From NCBI GenBank assembly GCA_951406725.2, contig OX597815.1, forward strand, positions 150,164,001 to 150,228,000: a DNA stretch of 64,000 nt, given 5' to 3'. Each line of letters starts with the position of its first letter. The first letter of the stretch is position 1. Origin of the DNA: Octopus vulgaris (lineage: Eukaryota). Below are positions 40,585 to 56,979 of this stretch, in pieces. The notes under the pieces were generated by a model. That model made no database searches, had not been told where the DNA came from, and was given only the letters and a program-made list of their open reading frames with translations. Made by a program: the position numbers and the translations under genes.

Positions 40585-41127
40585 GCAGTAAAATTACTCG
40601 TGCAAATATCTACTACCATCTGGACAAATTAAAACATAATTGTCGTCTCATAAAGTCAGCTGAAAATCGTGTGACGTGTATTTAAACAAATTATTGTCAG
40701 ATCTACTCTTAATTTGTAAATATTTCTTAATTAATTCCCGAGAATGATTAAGTATTAATGAAAATAACAATTGAATAATTGATGATGGCCGGCTAATATA
40801 ACAACATAAATCATTTTAATACAAACTAGTTTAATATAAACTGATTCTATAAATGGCTGATAAATTTAACAGCATCATAGGTTCATTCATTACTTCTAAT
40901 GTAAAATTTATATAGCATAAAATAAGTTTATCATAATGTATTCTATAGAATAACTTATGATAGCATTTTGACAGAATGTGATAGGGCCGAGGGAGAAGGC
41001 CCAGTGGAGACAGGAAAAGACCGCTTCAGAAATTGCCCAGTGAACTGATCTGCAAAGAGAGCGGGCTAATAAACATCAGCTTCCAGCTGCCTCGATGGGC
41101 TGTTTCCTGCAGAAGATAGATAATAAT

Positions 41128-41648
41128 GCCCTGATGCTGTACCAGGCAGTGGCTCTCACGGCTGCTGATCTTACCTAATAGGCACTGTTATCATGTATAT
41201 TGTTTTGTCTTCGTATAAATATTCTGCTCAATACCACAGATTTACTTGTCAGTCGTTTGATCTTAACCAGTTGAGCATGTCCCTTAGTAGCTGACGATAT
41301 GTGCATCTCTGATCACGAACAGAAGTAGTGCGGGAACATCATAGCCATGTTTTGAGAGGGATCATTTGGGGTTTGGATAATTCACCCCTGGAAAAATGTG
41401 TGTTTCGTTCAACATCCTGAAACAACCCATATTCAGGGACCTTTTGAGGAATATGGGCTACTCGAGCTGATGAAAATTCTAACTGGGTCCCACGTGCAAG
41501 GTCATGTGTTGTTTATCTTGTTGCGCACATATGGTTATGATGTCTGTGCCTAGTGTACCCTTATCAGACGGGTAGTCATGATGGGTATACTGGGCTTCGT
41601 ATATTTTACCCCACTGTCACTTTGATGGCATGCATTGCTCTCTCACTC
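41128..41648 (+). mobile_element. ~520-bp TAA-embedded non-coding element, copy 2
   Basis: taataat|gccctgatgc.gtaccaggc ... gctctctcactc|aataat. Confidence 0.8.
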
Positions 41649-44142
<2,494 letters not shown>

Positions 44143-44143
<1 letters not shown>

Positions 44144-44642
44144 CAGTACCAGGCTGTTGCTGTCATGGCTTCTGATTTTAACTGATCTGAAGTGTTATCA
44201 TGAACATTCATTTGTCTTGGTATAAAAGAGGGGCTACTTAAAATATTCTGCTCAATACCACAAATTAACCGGTTGAGCATTTCCCTTAGTAGTTGATGAT
44301 ATCTGCATCTCTGATCACGGGCAGAAGTAGTGGGGAAGCATCATATATATGCGTTGAATTTCTTTGGGGTTTGGATAATTCACCTTTGAAAACATGGGTG
44401 TTTCCTCCAACATCCTTAAACAACCCTTATTCAGGGACATTTTGAGGGATATGGGCTACTCGAGCTGATGAAAATTCTAACTGGGTCTCACCTGCAAGGT
44501 CATGTGGAGTTTATCTTGATATGAGATCAGCATGTCACGCACATATGGTTGTGATGCATGTACCTGGTGTACCCTTATCAGACTGGGCTTCGTATAGTTG
44601 TACCTGAGTGTCATTTTGATGGTACGCACTGCTCTCTCACTC
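44143..44642 (+). mobile_element. ~500-bp TAA-embedded non-coding element, copy 3
   Basis: Direct repeat of 41128-41648, with (AAT)n on both sides. Confidence 0.8.
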
Positions 44643-45504
44643 AGTTATAATAATAATGTAAATAGAATTGTTGTACATTAGGATCCATGCATTAAATATC
44701 TCTTTCTGATTATGTGCTAAGTGTAAGATGGTCTTCTTCAACAAGAGAACAAGTGATTCGAAAAATATATTCTTCTAAACTCCGTCAACGTTGATTACTC
44801 AGTTGTATTGCTTTAGTATTTTTCCCTACATCTATCAAACTACAGTAAAAGTGCACAAATTAATTTATTTTAAAATACACCAAGTATTCAATATAATTAC
44901 AACATATAATGCTGTGGCTTGGTAATATTTTAGTATTTGTGTTATTTCTACATCGTAATGTGGGGGGGAAATTAAGTCGCTTTTTCAGATTTTAAAGCAT
45001 AATTCTATTACTTCAAAGGATCTCGAAAGGGATGAGGTAAAGATATGAATCACAGAGAATGGTCCTTTCGAACAGGTACAAAAATAGTATGTATATCTTA
45101 GATTTTGCAGATAGAAATTCACTCCGATGCAGTATAGCGGTAACTGACCAATGCTGACTGACCACAAAATACTTGTTTATAAAGCGTGACTCAAGGAAGT
45201 GTATTTTCATATATTTTCAACAAAAGACATAATTGCTTGACTTGATAGATATAGTAGTTCATCCTTCTTAAAATCTGCCGTCATGAGAAAAGACGTATAG
45301 ATTGTATTTTTTAGCTCAAGAAATTCTGTTCAAACTAAATCTGGTCGCTCATGTCTACAGCGCTTTCTTTTATGGATCGGTCAGGATTAGAGCTTGGCCA
45401 CACAACTGCTCTCAACGTTATATAACAATAATTCTTGTATACTATAAAATACAAATGGATATTAGTTTTAGCAAAGACTTTACATTATCACCACTCAATA
45501 AAAA

Positions 45505-45712
45505 AATGTTTCCTTCTCGAGTCACGCCAGGCTAATGAGGGCCGGTTTCCCGGTTTCTATGGAGTATATAGCACTTACCTTGACAGGACCCCGGTCCGTC
45601 GCAAGATTACTCATTTTCGCCAGCTAACACTACGCGTCGCTCGATCCAGGAATCGAACAGACATTCTTACGATCATGATTTCAACACTCTAACCACTAAG
45701 CCACGCGCCTCT
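45505..45712 (-). mobile_element. tRNA-derived SINE, same family as 30540-30766, internally deleted
   Basis: ccaggaatcgaa...aaccactaagccacgcgcctc head; gattactca..cagct. Confidence 0.7.
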
Positions 45713-47419
45713 ATGGCGACTCAATGTACCACACATAAAACAATCAGTTGATATATCACAAATATCAAGAAGGCGGGAAATTTGCTTTTCATGGATACAT
45801 TGTGTACGTCACAATCTGAGAAATTAAATTATTGAAAATTATAACTGTATTCATGCCAACAGGCCATTACTTGGATCTTTATTTAAAAGATTGTCGTGAC
45901 AATGCAGGAAATTTATATTCTAATATGAATGACAACCATAGCTAGCACCTCAGTATTATTTCACAGGTGCTAAACCCCACTTTCACAGATGTGTAGGTCT
46001 TCTTTAAATAGATTATCCCTTGGGTTTGAGAAAAAGCAAATGATAGACCACCATTGTAACTAGTGTAATTATTTAGTTATTTCAGTTTTCCAAGTTTACA
46101 TCTACATAGAGGTGACATTTACCAATTCTTCTGAACTTAGTGACATCAATATAAATGGTCGCTTCGGAAACATTCACAGTCAAATGTTTAAACTCTACTC
46201 AGGGCATGTTGTCCTATTTCCTGGGCAGCGCTGCTCAAATTCAACAACCGGGAATTCCTCATGGACGACCAAACCCTTTCTAACTTATTTACACCAAGCT
46301 AGATTTATCCAGAGAAGGTCTTTTAGCATAAAGTTTCCAAGCAATAATGGTGACAAATAATGTTGTGCTTATTTAAGAATATTACCAGATAAAACAGTTA
46401 CCAATTTCTGCAATGTTTCCATTACCTGACAATATACATATTGTCTCGTTTCTAACTTCAAACTCTATCTCAACAGTAGAAAGAAATACTTCGAATGAAT
46501 ATTCGCTCGGTTTTATAATTATGCCACTGTCTCTCAGAGTAAGTATATCTGCACCAATTCCTATAGCTGTCAGATTTCGTAAATATAATTGACTTCCTGC
46601 ATTTCTCTAATTCGTTGAATGTGTCTACATGTGTCTCGAATTAAGCTTGTCTCTACGGATTATACGATCACACGGATGAAAAGATAACACGATACAATTC
46701 ACTGTGACTGAAAGGCCACTTCGTAGTTATGGTAAACTTGCGAAATTGCAGAGCAGATTTTAGCAATAACAAATGTACTGTTAACTCTCAATGAAGATAA
46801 TTAGAAATGTCCATTCCATTTTAGTCCAGTGATTCGGTGCTAGCGATTAGCTTTGCAAACAGCATGAAGCTTCAGTGAACTTGACAGACATCTTTTTTAA
46901 TTAAGATATCGATCTGTGACACGGGAGAGGAGGAGGGGGTATCTGTGAACTGAGAAGCAAGTGAGAGACATTGATATGAATATTGCTAGCCGATGACAGT
47001 TCTTGCGTTACTTACTAATTATGTCTAACACTCTGATTAATATCAACATTAAACGAAAGACATCCAACCAATTTCCATGTACGACGTCCGCCTGCAAATT
47101 TGACTATTTAGCGAAAGTTTTATTCTTTCAACTTATTTTATTCATGATTGAGAGTCTATATGGCGTTACCTTACGTAATCGTATCTCGGAAATACCATCT
47201 AGCGACGAGAAAACTGTGGGTGAACTTTCGATGAGATGATGGCTTATTTCGTGAAGACTTTTCAAGCCAAGTTCGATTTGCAGTTGCTATGTACCAAAAC
47301 GTTGATTTCGGTCCAGTAGGCAATGTTTTCGGGATTCTTTGTATCCAGTAAAATGAGTTATGTGTTTATTGATGAACCAGAAAAGAAATTATCAAATATA
47401 AATAAAAAAAAACATCATC

Positions 47420-47583
47420 CAGCATTATTTATATAATCTATATCTGACGGATATTTGTCAAACGTATTAGCACGTTTCGGCTGATATACCCTCCAACCTT
47501 CATCAAGTGTCTTGGGGAAATTTCGAACCCGGTTTCTCATTCCTCAGGTATTTTTCGATGTATCATCATCATCATCATCATCA

Positions 47584-47619
<36 letters not shown>

Positions 47620-47698
47620 TCACTCCCTGGAATCGAACTCGGAATCTTGGGGTTAGTAGTCCACGCTCTTAACCACTACGTCATAAATATAGAACTGT
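47420..47698 (-). mobile_element. tRNA-headed element with hammerhead-like motif (family F1), copy 2
   Basis: Minus strand: tgacgtagtggttaagagcg..gagttcgattcc head, (AAT/GAT)n, acac TTGATGA A GGTTG..CAGCC GAAA CG TG. aaatatagaactgt (47685-47698) is the inverted 3' terminus seen in copy 1. Confidence 0.75.
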
Positions 47699-48033
47699 AT
47701 TATTCAGCATGTTTACATGCAAAATATGCTGAAGATATTAGCAGTTCTTTGCAAGAGAAAAGAGTGAGCTTAGTTCTTTTTCTAAGGATCTACTCCAATT
47801 TTACTCTTGACTGAATAAACCTATGGTTAAAGGCGTTCCAGTAATGACTATGCAGTATTTTTGTAGCCTAAATTTCGAGGTTACTATCACTTTTTCTTAA
47901 TGAAAATAAGATGTACCTTTCAAGGTAATGTAAAAGTTGTTTTATATATAACTTTATATATAACTTCGCCTAAAACTAACAAGCATCAACAGATACACGG
48001 TTGTGTACATATATACATGCATATGCATATATA

Positions 48034-48742
48034 CAGCGTGCGATGGTAAATTGTCACCATTCTATATTTTTAATTTCGTGCATGTGCATTGTTTATTTTT
48101 CATTTTCTCGATTACACAGTATAATAGGGTCAATTGGGCACCGTCTGTGAGAAAAGCAGCGCCATGGCGCAAATCACTCTGCCAGAAATTTGAAAATGAC
48201 ATGCTGTACTGCTTGGCATTCGCGCTGGTAGCTCCAGTATGAAGCACCAGAAGGTCCAACACGTACATGTACGAGTATGAACCGAGGCCTAGAGGGTGGC
48301 TGCTGGAAGATTCTGTTTCTAGTATCAGGATTCTGCAACATGCCACACAAGTAGGAAAACCCAGTTATGGCTTTCAGACAATTTCTGCGAGCACATCACC
48401 CCTAACATTTCGCCACCTAACTCCCCACACTGCAACCCTCTTGTTTATTTGTGTGGGGCGCAGTTGAGCAAGAGACCAACAAAACTCCTTGTAACACCAA
48501 AGATGAACTGAAGGCAAAGTTTATTGCAGCATTCACCAACTTAAATAAGGAGACCATTTACAAGAGTTGCAGATTCTGAAGTTTTCTAGAAGCCGTGCTT
48601 GAAGCCAATGGCGATTTTATTGAATAAATTTACTCTTCAGTATTTCGAGACATTTTTATATAATTTTTTTAAATATATCTCTTAAAATGAGATGGTGATC
48701 TTTTCCTTTTTGCATAATTTAGACAATTTATTCACCGCATCG
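48034..48742 (+). mobile_element. Internally deleted maT (DD37D) transposon
   Basis: In-frame QDSATCHTSRKTQLWLSDNFCEHITPNISPPNSPHCNPL(V)Y with 37 residues between the second D and the mutated third position. C-terminus LEAVLEANGDFIE*. Imperfect TIRs flanked by TA. Confidence 0.82.
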
Positions 48743-49951
48743 TAGATATGACAACAGTTTTAACATTCCTCTTTTTAACGAAATTTGATTTCAGAGGCTT
48801 TGGCTACTATTTCTAACAGGTCAAACGTCCGCGTAGATACGCTCTAGCACATCGTCAAATTCCAATACTTCATTTATGTTCCAAATAAATTGAACAGAAT
48901 GCATGGAGGGGTTCCATTGAATCCCATAAGATTTTAATGATTTAAGTAGCCATAGCTGCCCATTTGAGAAGTTTGTTTCGCATGTACGAAGCTTCAGTTT
49001 CAAGTCCCAGTGGAGAGCACGACACCTTTGGTCGATTAAATCCTTTGAGAGGGAATGTAACTGTTCTTGCGTACTAATTTATTTAACTGCTATTTCTAAA
49101 ACCTCTATGAAACACTACGTGAAAATAATTTTACAAGAATGCGTTCCATTGCATGTACACTTGTCAGGGAGTTGGTCGGAAGGAATCTTCTCACTTCTTA
49201 TCACCAGGCTAGAAAAACCCGAGGAAGGCTTTCCGCCCATGACTACGTAAATTTTAATAACATTCTTTATCAAGCAGCATACTATAGAATCTGATATATT
49301 TGCTAATTATGTGAATATATGAGATATCCAAATATGATATTCATGCCTGTTTTCGGGCGGAAGATATTAAATATGATTGTTGTACCTAGGGCGATCTTAA
49401 TCTTACTTTGTCATTTCCATTTCCACAGATTTCGCTTTATATCTTTATGCGTCATCGATAAACTTGCCAAATATTCATGCTAGTCACACACCATATTACA
49501 TCCGCATCCCTGAAAGACATCAGGTAATTCAATATGAATGATGGAAACTGATGTTCAGCAATAGTCAAGCCTAAAATACAATCAATTCAAAATTATATTT
49601 ATGAAGTCTATATATACGTCAATAGACATATCCATGAAAAGATGTATGCACATACGCATACACAAGCACATATATTTACATACATGTATGCATACATATA
49701 TAAACATTTAATTATATATACATAATTATATATACATAAACATATTTAAATTTATATAAAAATCATGTGCAAATATGCACAGATGCACAATTTTGTTTCC
49801 TTTTTTATTTTTCCTCTCCCTCTTCGTATCACTCTCTTTCTCCGTTTTCTTCACTCTCACTATTTCACTCTTTCTCCCTATATATATATATATCTATCTA
49901 TCCCCCTCTCTCTCTCTCTCTCTTCTTTTTCTCCCTTTTTGTCTTCTCATT

Positions 49952-50100
49952 CCTTCCTGACAAAGAGCGTAGGCTCGAAACATTAAAGACTTCCATTTCT
50001 CCTGTGCATCTAACAAACACATTTTGCATCTAACAAACACATTTTGTTTGTGGTTCCCGTCATCTGCCTCTGTCTCTTTGTTCTTCTGTTTGTTTTTTGA
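49952..50100 (+). mobile_element. Family F4-related repeat with minimal hammerhead-like motif
   Basis: ccttc CTGACAA A GAGC GTAG GCTC GAAA CA TT aaag (49952-49988). Confidence 0.5.
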
Positions 50101-50211
50101 TACCTCTTGAAAAACACACACACACAAATATATATATATATATATGTATGTATGCATGTATGTATATATATATATATATATATATGTGCGTATGTATTTA
50201 TATGTGTGTGT

Positions 50212-50326
<115 letters not shown>

Positions 50327-50731
50327 TTTGGCAACATAACTTAACAGAGCCATTCACATAACTATATAACTATAATGAATTATAAAGTTTTCTTTGCGAA
50401 ACATATTTTTTGTAATGCTGAATGAGTTCGTTCGGTTTACTTCTACTGGACATGACTGAATTGAATATTTAAGATTAATCAAATATTTTTTTCTTAAATA
50501 CATTAGCGATATATTTGATCAGGATAATCTCGAATCCGGTCTTCTGATATTTTGCGTGGGGACACATACGCTAGGCCTGTTTACAGAGAGAATTAATTTG
50601 CTTAACAACAGCAGTTAGGCTCTTCTCTGTAGGTAAAAGCATGTCTTTGATTTTGCGGATATGTAAATTAGCTAATATATGAACATATGTAGCTATGTAC
50701 GTGTAGAAATTTGTTCATTTCTCTATATATA

Positions 50732-51576
50732 CGAGGTCTGATCAATAAGCGTCCGGACTGATGCCATTGTTACGAAGCTAAAGCACGGCCAAGATTGACG
50801 TTGAACTCTGCTGTGCATGCTCACTAAGTTTTAACGTTCTGTTTACAGCAGTGCTTGGAAGGAAGGTATGTAGCGTGTGATTATCGCATTGCCCATGACA
50901 CAGAACGTTCTGATGGCGAAACCTGCTCAGAGACTGCAGCAAAGTTACAGAAAGTCTATTGAAAGGAGAGCATAAGCTGCACACAAGTGTACAAGTGGTT
51001 CAGACGTTTCCATGATAACTAAAAAATGTCGATATTGACGAACGTTCTGGGAGACCCGCAACCAGCAGAACTGAGAAAAACATCGCAGACGTGTGTGCAG
51101 CTTTGAGGAGAAATCCTCGAATCACCATCCCTGAGTCATTAGAGGATGTGCAGATTAGTTACGATTCAGTTCAGTCCATTATCACTGAAGATTTGGGCAT
51201 GAGACATGTGTCTGCCAATTTTGTGCCAAAACTGATTTCAGCTGACCAAAAAGACACTCGGGTTTCAGTTCCACAATATCATCTTGAGAACGATGAACTC
51301 TTTTTGAAAACTTTGCGTAGGCCGCTGAGCAGGTATCGCCAAGTATTTGATGCAGATTCTGTACTCAACTTTCTCTATCGTGGCCAATGTGATGACCACA
51401 CGTTCCACACCTTCCTTCTAAACACTAATGTAAACAGCGCAGAGTGAGCTAGAACGCCGTAACTTTGTGCAAATGCGCTGCAGAGTTCAAGGTCTATTTG
51501 TGCCAAGCAACTTTATTGTGTTTGCATTAGCTTTGTTACTATGGCAACACGCCAGATACTTATTGATCCGACCACG
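50732..51576 (+). mobile_element. Non-autonomous mariner derivative with long inverted ends
   Basis: TA|CGAGGTCTGATCAATAAG ... CTTATTGATCCGACCACG|TA. Transposase N-terminus VYKWFRRF, DERSGRP, RITI..ITEDLGMRHVSANFVPKL. No catalytic domain. Confidence 0.88.
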
Positions 51577-52279
51577 TATATGCATGCCTGTGTCTCGCTA
51601 AAGTATCGAAGATTCAGATTCGCTCTGAGTGTTAAAAACAACGACAATATTTTCACATCATTTGTCCCAATTCGCTGCGTTCGAATTTATCTTTCAACCT
51701 TTCGGACGGATTGGCTTAGGTATAACTGATCCATGCTTCATGCTCTGCAGTAACTCTACCAACTGTTTGCATCCTGACGACAACGCCATTGGTGAGTGTG
51801 TTTCTGGTCTGCATCAGCTTGTTTGCCACAAACCACATATTATGCCATGCAGAAGTTTTCTTCCCCTCTATCAGCCCATTGCTAATATGCTTTTTAATTT
51901 CTCATCGATTTCATCTTCTTTGCACTTCCATATTGCTGTTCAACCTAGGTACCCATGAGAGAATGAAGTTTCTTACGTCTCTCGTGATTTTCAGCGAGTT
52001 TTAGCATCCGATCGTCAAATGCTTGAAGATATTTGCCAGTCCAGTTGTGGTGGTTTTGCAAGAGATTTAAAATTTGATCAAGCTTCGACCTCCTTAAGCT
52101 CTGGAAATGTAAAGACTATAAGATTTTGCCTTAGGGTGGTGCATCTTATTGCAAGTCAGCAGCTTACGGATTTCCCTGTCAATTTTCTTTTATTTCGCTG
52201 ATACTACAGTTAAACTCATTGGAAGTATAAATAACAACAGGAGCTAGTAAGGACTTTATGGCTAATACCTTGTTACGTG

Positions 52280-53135
52280 CATTTAGCTCAGATTTCAGAA
52301 CAGCGCGAACTCTCCTATGACATTCTCTTTCATGCTTCCATGCTTAATAGCAGATCCTCCATTGATTCCGAGGTATTTTATAGTTTGTTCCTGCTCAATT
52401 TCTAACACCACTGAATATGAAGTATTGAAAGTGGCTTTGGCACATTTATCAAGACAAAATCTCGATATCATCACTGAATGCTTCAACAGTACGTAATAGG
52501 CATTCAAGCTAATTATTGTCTCTGCCATTGTTATATTGTTCTAATTCAGTTCTGACCAGGTATCGAACTGAGTTTGGGCGACCTTTCGAAATGCTTTGTT
52601 TAGAAAGTATGTGTCCCAAATATTCCACTTTCAGTTTGGCGAATTAAGGCTGCACGGAATTTCCCGTGGATAAGTCTGTATTAAAACATAACAGAGTTAT
52701 TTTGGCGACGAGGGTGAGATTCGAAATCACGCCAAGTGTCAATTCGTCCAACCCAAAGTGGAATATTTAGGACACATACTTTCCAAACAAGGCATTTCGA
52801 AAGGGCGCCCAAACTTAGTTCGATACCTAGTCAGAACTGAATTAGAGCAATATTACAGCCATACAGTTTTGAGCCATCCATATAAGATAGATGGCTTTTC
52901 CTTTTATTTTCTTATTTGTCAATTTTGTACCCACACACTGTTCTGTTATGTTCATAAGTATGGAGTATTAAAGCCATGCAAAAAGTTAGAGGTGAAAGTG
53001 AGACACCTTGAGATATGCTACGGCTGATATCAATATTGGTTGTAGTCATTATACCATTAGGGTGATATATTTGGAGACTTATATTCCACACTGACATGTT
53101 ATCCTTCAGGAAATATAAAATTAAAGGAGGTATTA
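52280..53135 (-). mobile_element. Old R4/Dong-like RT fragment, interrupted by the 329-bp element
   Basis: QGVSLSPLTFCMAL, CGYKI, HLSYMDGSKLYG|RDNN*LECLLRTVEAFSDDI, KYLGI. Confidence 0.75.
52529..52857. mobile_element. 329-bp TGT...ACA element with ~102-bp TIRs and 5-bp TSD
   Basis: GCCAT|TGTTATATTGTTCTAATTCAG ... CTGAATTAGAGCAATATTACA|GCCAT. Arms ~52529-52630 and ~52755-52857. Contains KCQFVQPKVEYLGHILSKQGI-coding sequence and TGGCGACGAG. Confidence 0.85.
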
Positions 53136-53172
53136 TAATAGCAATAATAATTATTATTATTATTATTATTAT

Positions 53173-53264
<92 letters not shown>

Positions 53265-53286
53265 TTATTATTATTATTATTATTAT

Positions 53287-53333
<47 letters not shown>

Positions 53334-53336
<3 letters not shown>

Positions 53337-53500
53337 TTTACTTACAATCAGCACGTTTGTTACAGTCACTCTCAGAGACAAACCCAGGGAGATGTTATAG
53401 TCTGACTGATGGCTTAGGGAGGGGAAGTACCGTAATAATTTCATGTAATACAGCCCAGATGTTTAATTGGAGTGGGATTTTCTAAGGATGTGGGCAGTAC
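53334..53500 (-). mobile_element. Extreme 3' fragment of a Dong-like LINE
   Basis: Minus strand encodes STAHILRKSHSN* plus 3' UTR, abutting the (AGT/ATT)n tract at 53147-53333. Confidence 0.55.
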
Positions 53501-53529
53501 TATAATTATTATATGTTTACATTAATATT

Positions 53530-55310
53530 TCCAGAGACCTCAAGAGTCAACAAGTTAGAAGTTCATGTTGGTATTATTCCTAGGGTGTCATATATTTGTC
53601 ATATATTGATTTTGCACAAAGTATTGTTCTAGAGAATAATTAAAAAATCATTAAAAAATATGAATTTGTTTTAAAACTTGACATTACATAGACGCTATTT
53701 TACGTAGGATATGGGCAGTTCCCAAGAGCACTATATTTTGAATTTCTGCCATTTTGGGGTTTCCTGGTATCTGAGCTAGGGCACCTATGACAACAGGTAT
53801 TGTTTTAGTTTTGTCTTGAGGTGCCACATTTTGCAAATTTCTGTTTCAAGATCTTTATACTTGCTCAGTTTTGGTAGGTTTTGATAGATACATTTATATC
53901 GATTGGGACAGTCATATCAATGAAGAGGCATGATTTTTGTCTGGAGTCTGTCAATATAAAGTCTGGCCTATTCGCATCTATCTTTCTGTCTGGTGAGCTT
54001 GTAGAGGTGTGAGATGTGACCATTTTCAAGCAATGGAGGTTGTTTGTGTTTCCACCAGTTTTTATCATGGGGCAAGTCCAGGCTTTTGCATATTACCAAG
54101 TGAATACATTTTACAGCTCTATCATGCTTGTTGAGATACTTTGTAGGCGCAAGAAAACAACACATGAAGACGACATGGTCAATGGTTTCTTTTTGTTGTT
54201 GACATACACGACATTTTGGGCAACTGCCGTTCTTTAATAAGTTGGCGTGTTAGTTTCTTGTAGGTAGGCATTGATCTTCGGTTGCTATGCTAAACCCATA
54301 TGTTTCTAATTTTAAGCCAGAAGACACGAACCATTGATGTGTAGGGCTTTGTCAACATCGAAACTATGAACTCGTTTTGGGTATTTGCCATTGAGAGGTT
54401 TTTCTTGCCGTTTATCTGTAAGAATATCTAAGGCAGCAGTTTCAGCACGGGTTTTCATACGCTTAGCCTTTTCTGTGCTTGTTTCCAGTACGTCTAATTC
54501 TGAAATTTGTTGTATTTGGAATTCACTTATTCTTTTGCTTGTTTTCTTACTGAGTATGATGCTTTCTTGTTTTCATGTTTTGAGACAAGTTTTAACATTC
54601 AGTGATCAGAGTTTTTCAGGTAGGTGTCTAGGCCCATTGTGGCAATCTTCATTGTAATTGCCATTTGTAAAAGTACCTGGCCTCCCTCTCTTCTTGGCAA
54701 GTATGGTCGTTCTATATCTGCCCTAGGGTGGTGCATATGCATTGTCAACAATTTTCGTATTCTTCTCTCAAGATTACATATTTCAGTAAATGACCAGTTA
54801 ATGATATTGAAACTGCAAGTCACGACTGGTATGGCTAGAATAGGGATCGATTCGATCCTGAATCTTGCATTCAGCTCTGGCTTGGGTATTGCTCTTACCC
54901 TGAGATAACATTCTCTTCTGATCCTTTCCCTCGTCACTGAATGTTTGATTCCGTATCTTCCAATACACCTAGATATCTGTAGCTCTCCGCTGGTTCTAAC
55001 TCTTTTATGACATTCTGCTGGTCGAGATTAACGTTGGATGTTTGTCATTTTTCCTTTGGTAAATGTAGCTTTTGAGCATTTATCGAAGCCATCCTGATGT
55101 CATCACTGAATTGTTTAACAATCGCAATTAAGCCCCATAGTTGTTGGTCATTTTCTGCAAAGAATTTTAAATCATCCATGTGAATGAGACGATTTGTATT
55201 TTTGTCAAACATTTTATAACCGTATCGTACATCATCGAGCAACTTCTAGAGAGGCATATAGGCTAAACAAAATAGGAGTGGGGATAGAGAATCAAACTGG
55301 AAAATGCCAC
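53530..55310 (-). mobile_element. R4/Dong-like LINE, decayed, 5'-truncated
   Basis: HMDDLK, MHHPRADIERPYLPRREGG, CRVCQQQKETIDHVVFMC, HD, NRPDFIL, GTAHILRK. (ATT)n tract at 55317-55402. Confidence 0.88.
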
Positions 55311-55332
55311 ATGAAATTATTATCATCATCAC

Positions 55333-55402
<70 letters not shown>

Positions 55403-55825
55403 TTCATTAGCATCTTCTTTCAGTTTTGTTTCCATTTGGTGCCGAGCGTCTTCTTGACGCATAGGGCAGAGAAATGTACTGTATGCATTGTTAGGCCATT
55501 AAAACAAACACACCAGAGTGTTCATTTACAAAGTCATGTGATAGAGAAAAAAGGAAAAATAAAAAATAGACAACTAAACAAATAAAATAAAGGGGAAAAA
55601 GAAAGAAAATTCACAGCGACGATGCTCTTCCCAATACGTGTCACGTACCAGTTAAGACAATCTTTTGCACTTTCTGCAATGGGTGTTAAGCCAGGGATGC
55701 TTGGCCCATGTGTTTTCGTTGTTGTTGTTGTTGTCGCTTAGCAAAAACACTTCTCATCAAAGATATTAAATACCGCAATTTGAGGTGTATCTAAGTCATG
55801 ATTATTATTATTACTATTATTATTA

Positions 55826-55886
<61 letters not shown>

Positions 55887-55947
55887 TGTTATTATTATTA
55901 TTATTATTTTTATTATTATTATTATTTTTATTATTATTATTATTATT

Positions 55948-56978
55948 CTATGTTTGACTTTTGCTTTACATTTGTACAAGTTGGCTCCAAGTCTCGCCCA
56001 GTGGCCTCAAGAGACAACAAGTTGGAAGTTCATGTTGGTATTACGCATAGGGTGCCATATATTTGGTTTTGTACTTAGTGTTGTACTAGTGAATGTCTAA
56101 GAAACCAAAAGAAAATTATGCTTGTTATAAATTTGAGATTACATAGAAAGTATTTTGCGTAGGATATGAGCAGTTCCTATGAGCACTATCCTTTGAATTT
56201 ATGCTATTTTGGAGTTTCCTGGTATCTGAGCTAGTTAGCAATCAGCCCCTTTTGCTATCATTCCCAGGCACCTATGACAACAGTTATTGTTTCAGTCATC
56301 AGGTTCCACATTTTGCTAATTTCTATTTCAAGATCTTTATATTTGCTCAGTTTTTGGTAGGTCTTCACAGATGCGTTTATATCTATTCGGACAGTTATAT
56401 CAATGAGACTATCTAAGGCAGCAGTTTAAGCACGGGTTTTCATGCGCTTTGCTTTTTCTGCGCTTGTTTCTTGTATGTCTAATTCTGAAATTTGTTGTAT
56501 TCGGAATTCACTTAGATATTTCTTTGCCTGTTTTGTTACTGAGTATGATGCTTTCTTGTTTTCATGTTTTGAGACGAGTTTTAATAGCCAGTCCTCAGAA
56601 GTTTTCAGGTAGGTGTCTAGTCCGATTGTGGCAATCTTCATTGTTATTGCCAGTTGTAAAAGTCCACGGCCTCCCTCTTTCTTGGCAAATAAAGTCGTTC
56701 TATATCTGCCTTAGGGTGGTGCATTCTATGCATTGGCAACAGTTTTCGTATTTTTCCGCCAAGATTACATATTTCAGTACTTGACCAGTTAACGATATTG
56801 AAATTGTAAGTCACGACCGGTATGGCTAAAGTATTGATGATTCGATCCTGAATCTTGCATTCAGCTCTGCCTTGGGTATTGCTCTTACTCTGCGATAACA
56901 TTCTCTCCTGAGCCTTTCCTTCATCACTGAATTCCTTATTCCATTCCCTTCAGTTACCCCTAGGCACTTGTAGCTCTC

Positions 56979-56979
<1 letters not shown>
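55948..56979 (-). mobile_element. R4/Dong-like LINE, same subfamily as 53530-55310, internally deleted
   Basis: INTLAIPVVTYNF, MHHPKADIERLYLP, GTAHILRK. (ATT)n tracts on both sides (55800-55947 and 56980-57033). Confidence 0.88.

Noticed and set aside
47615-47685. Functional tRNA gene
   Set aside because: A and B boxes are present, but there is no convincing acceptor stem, and it is the head of a repeated element. The same applies to the other SINE heads.
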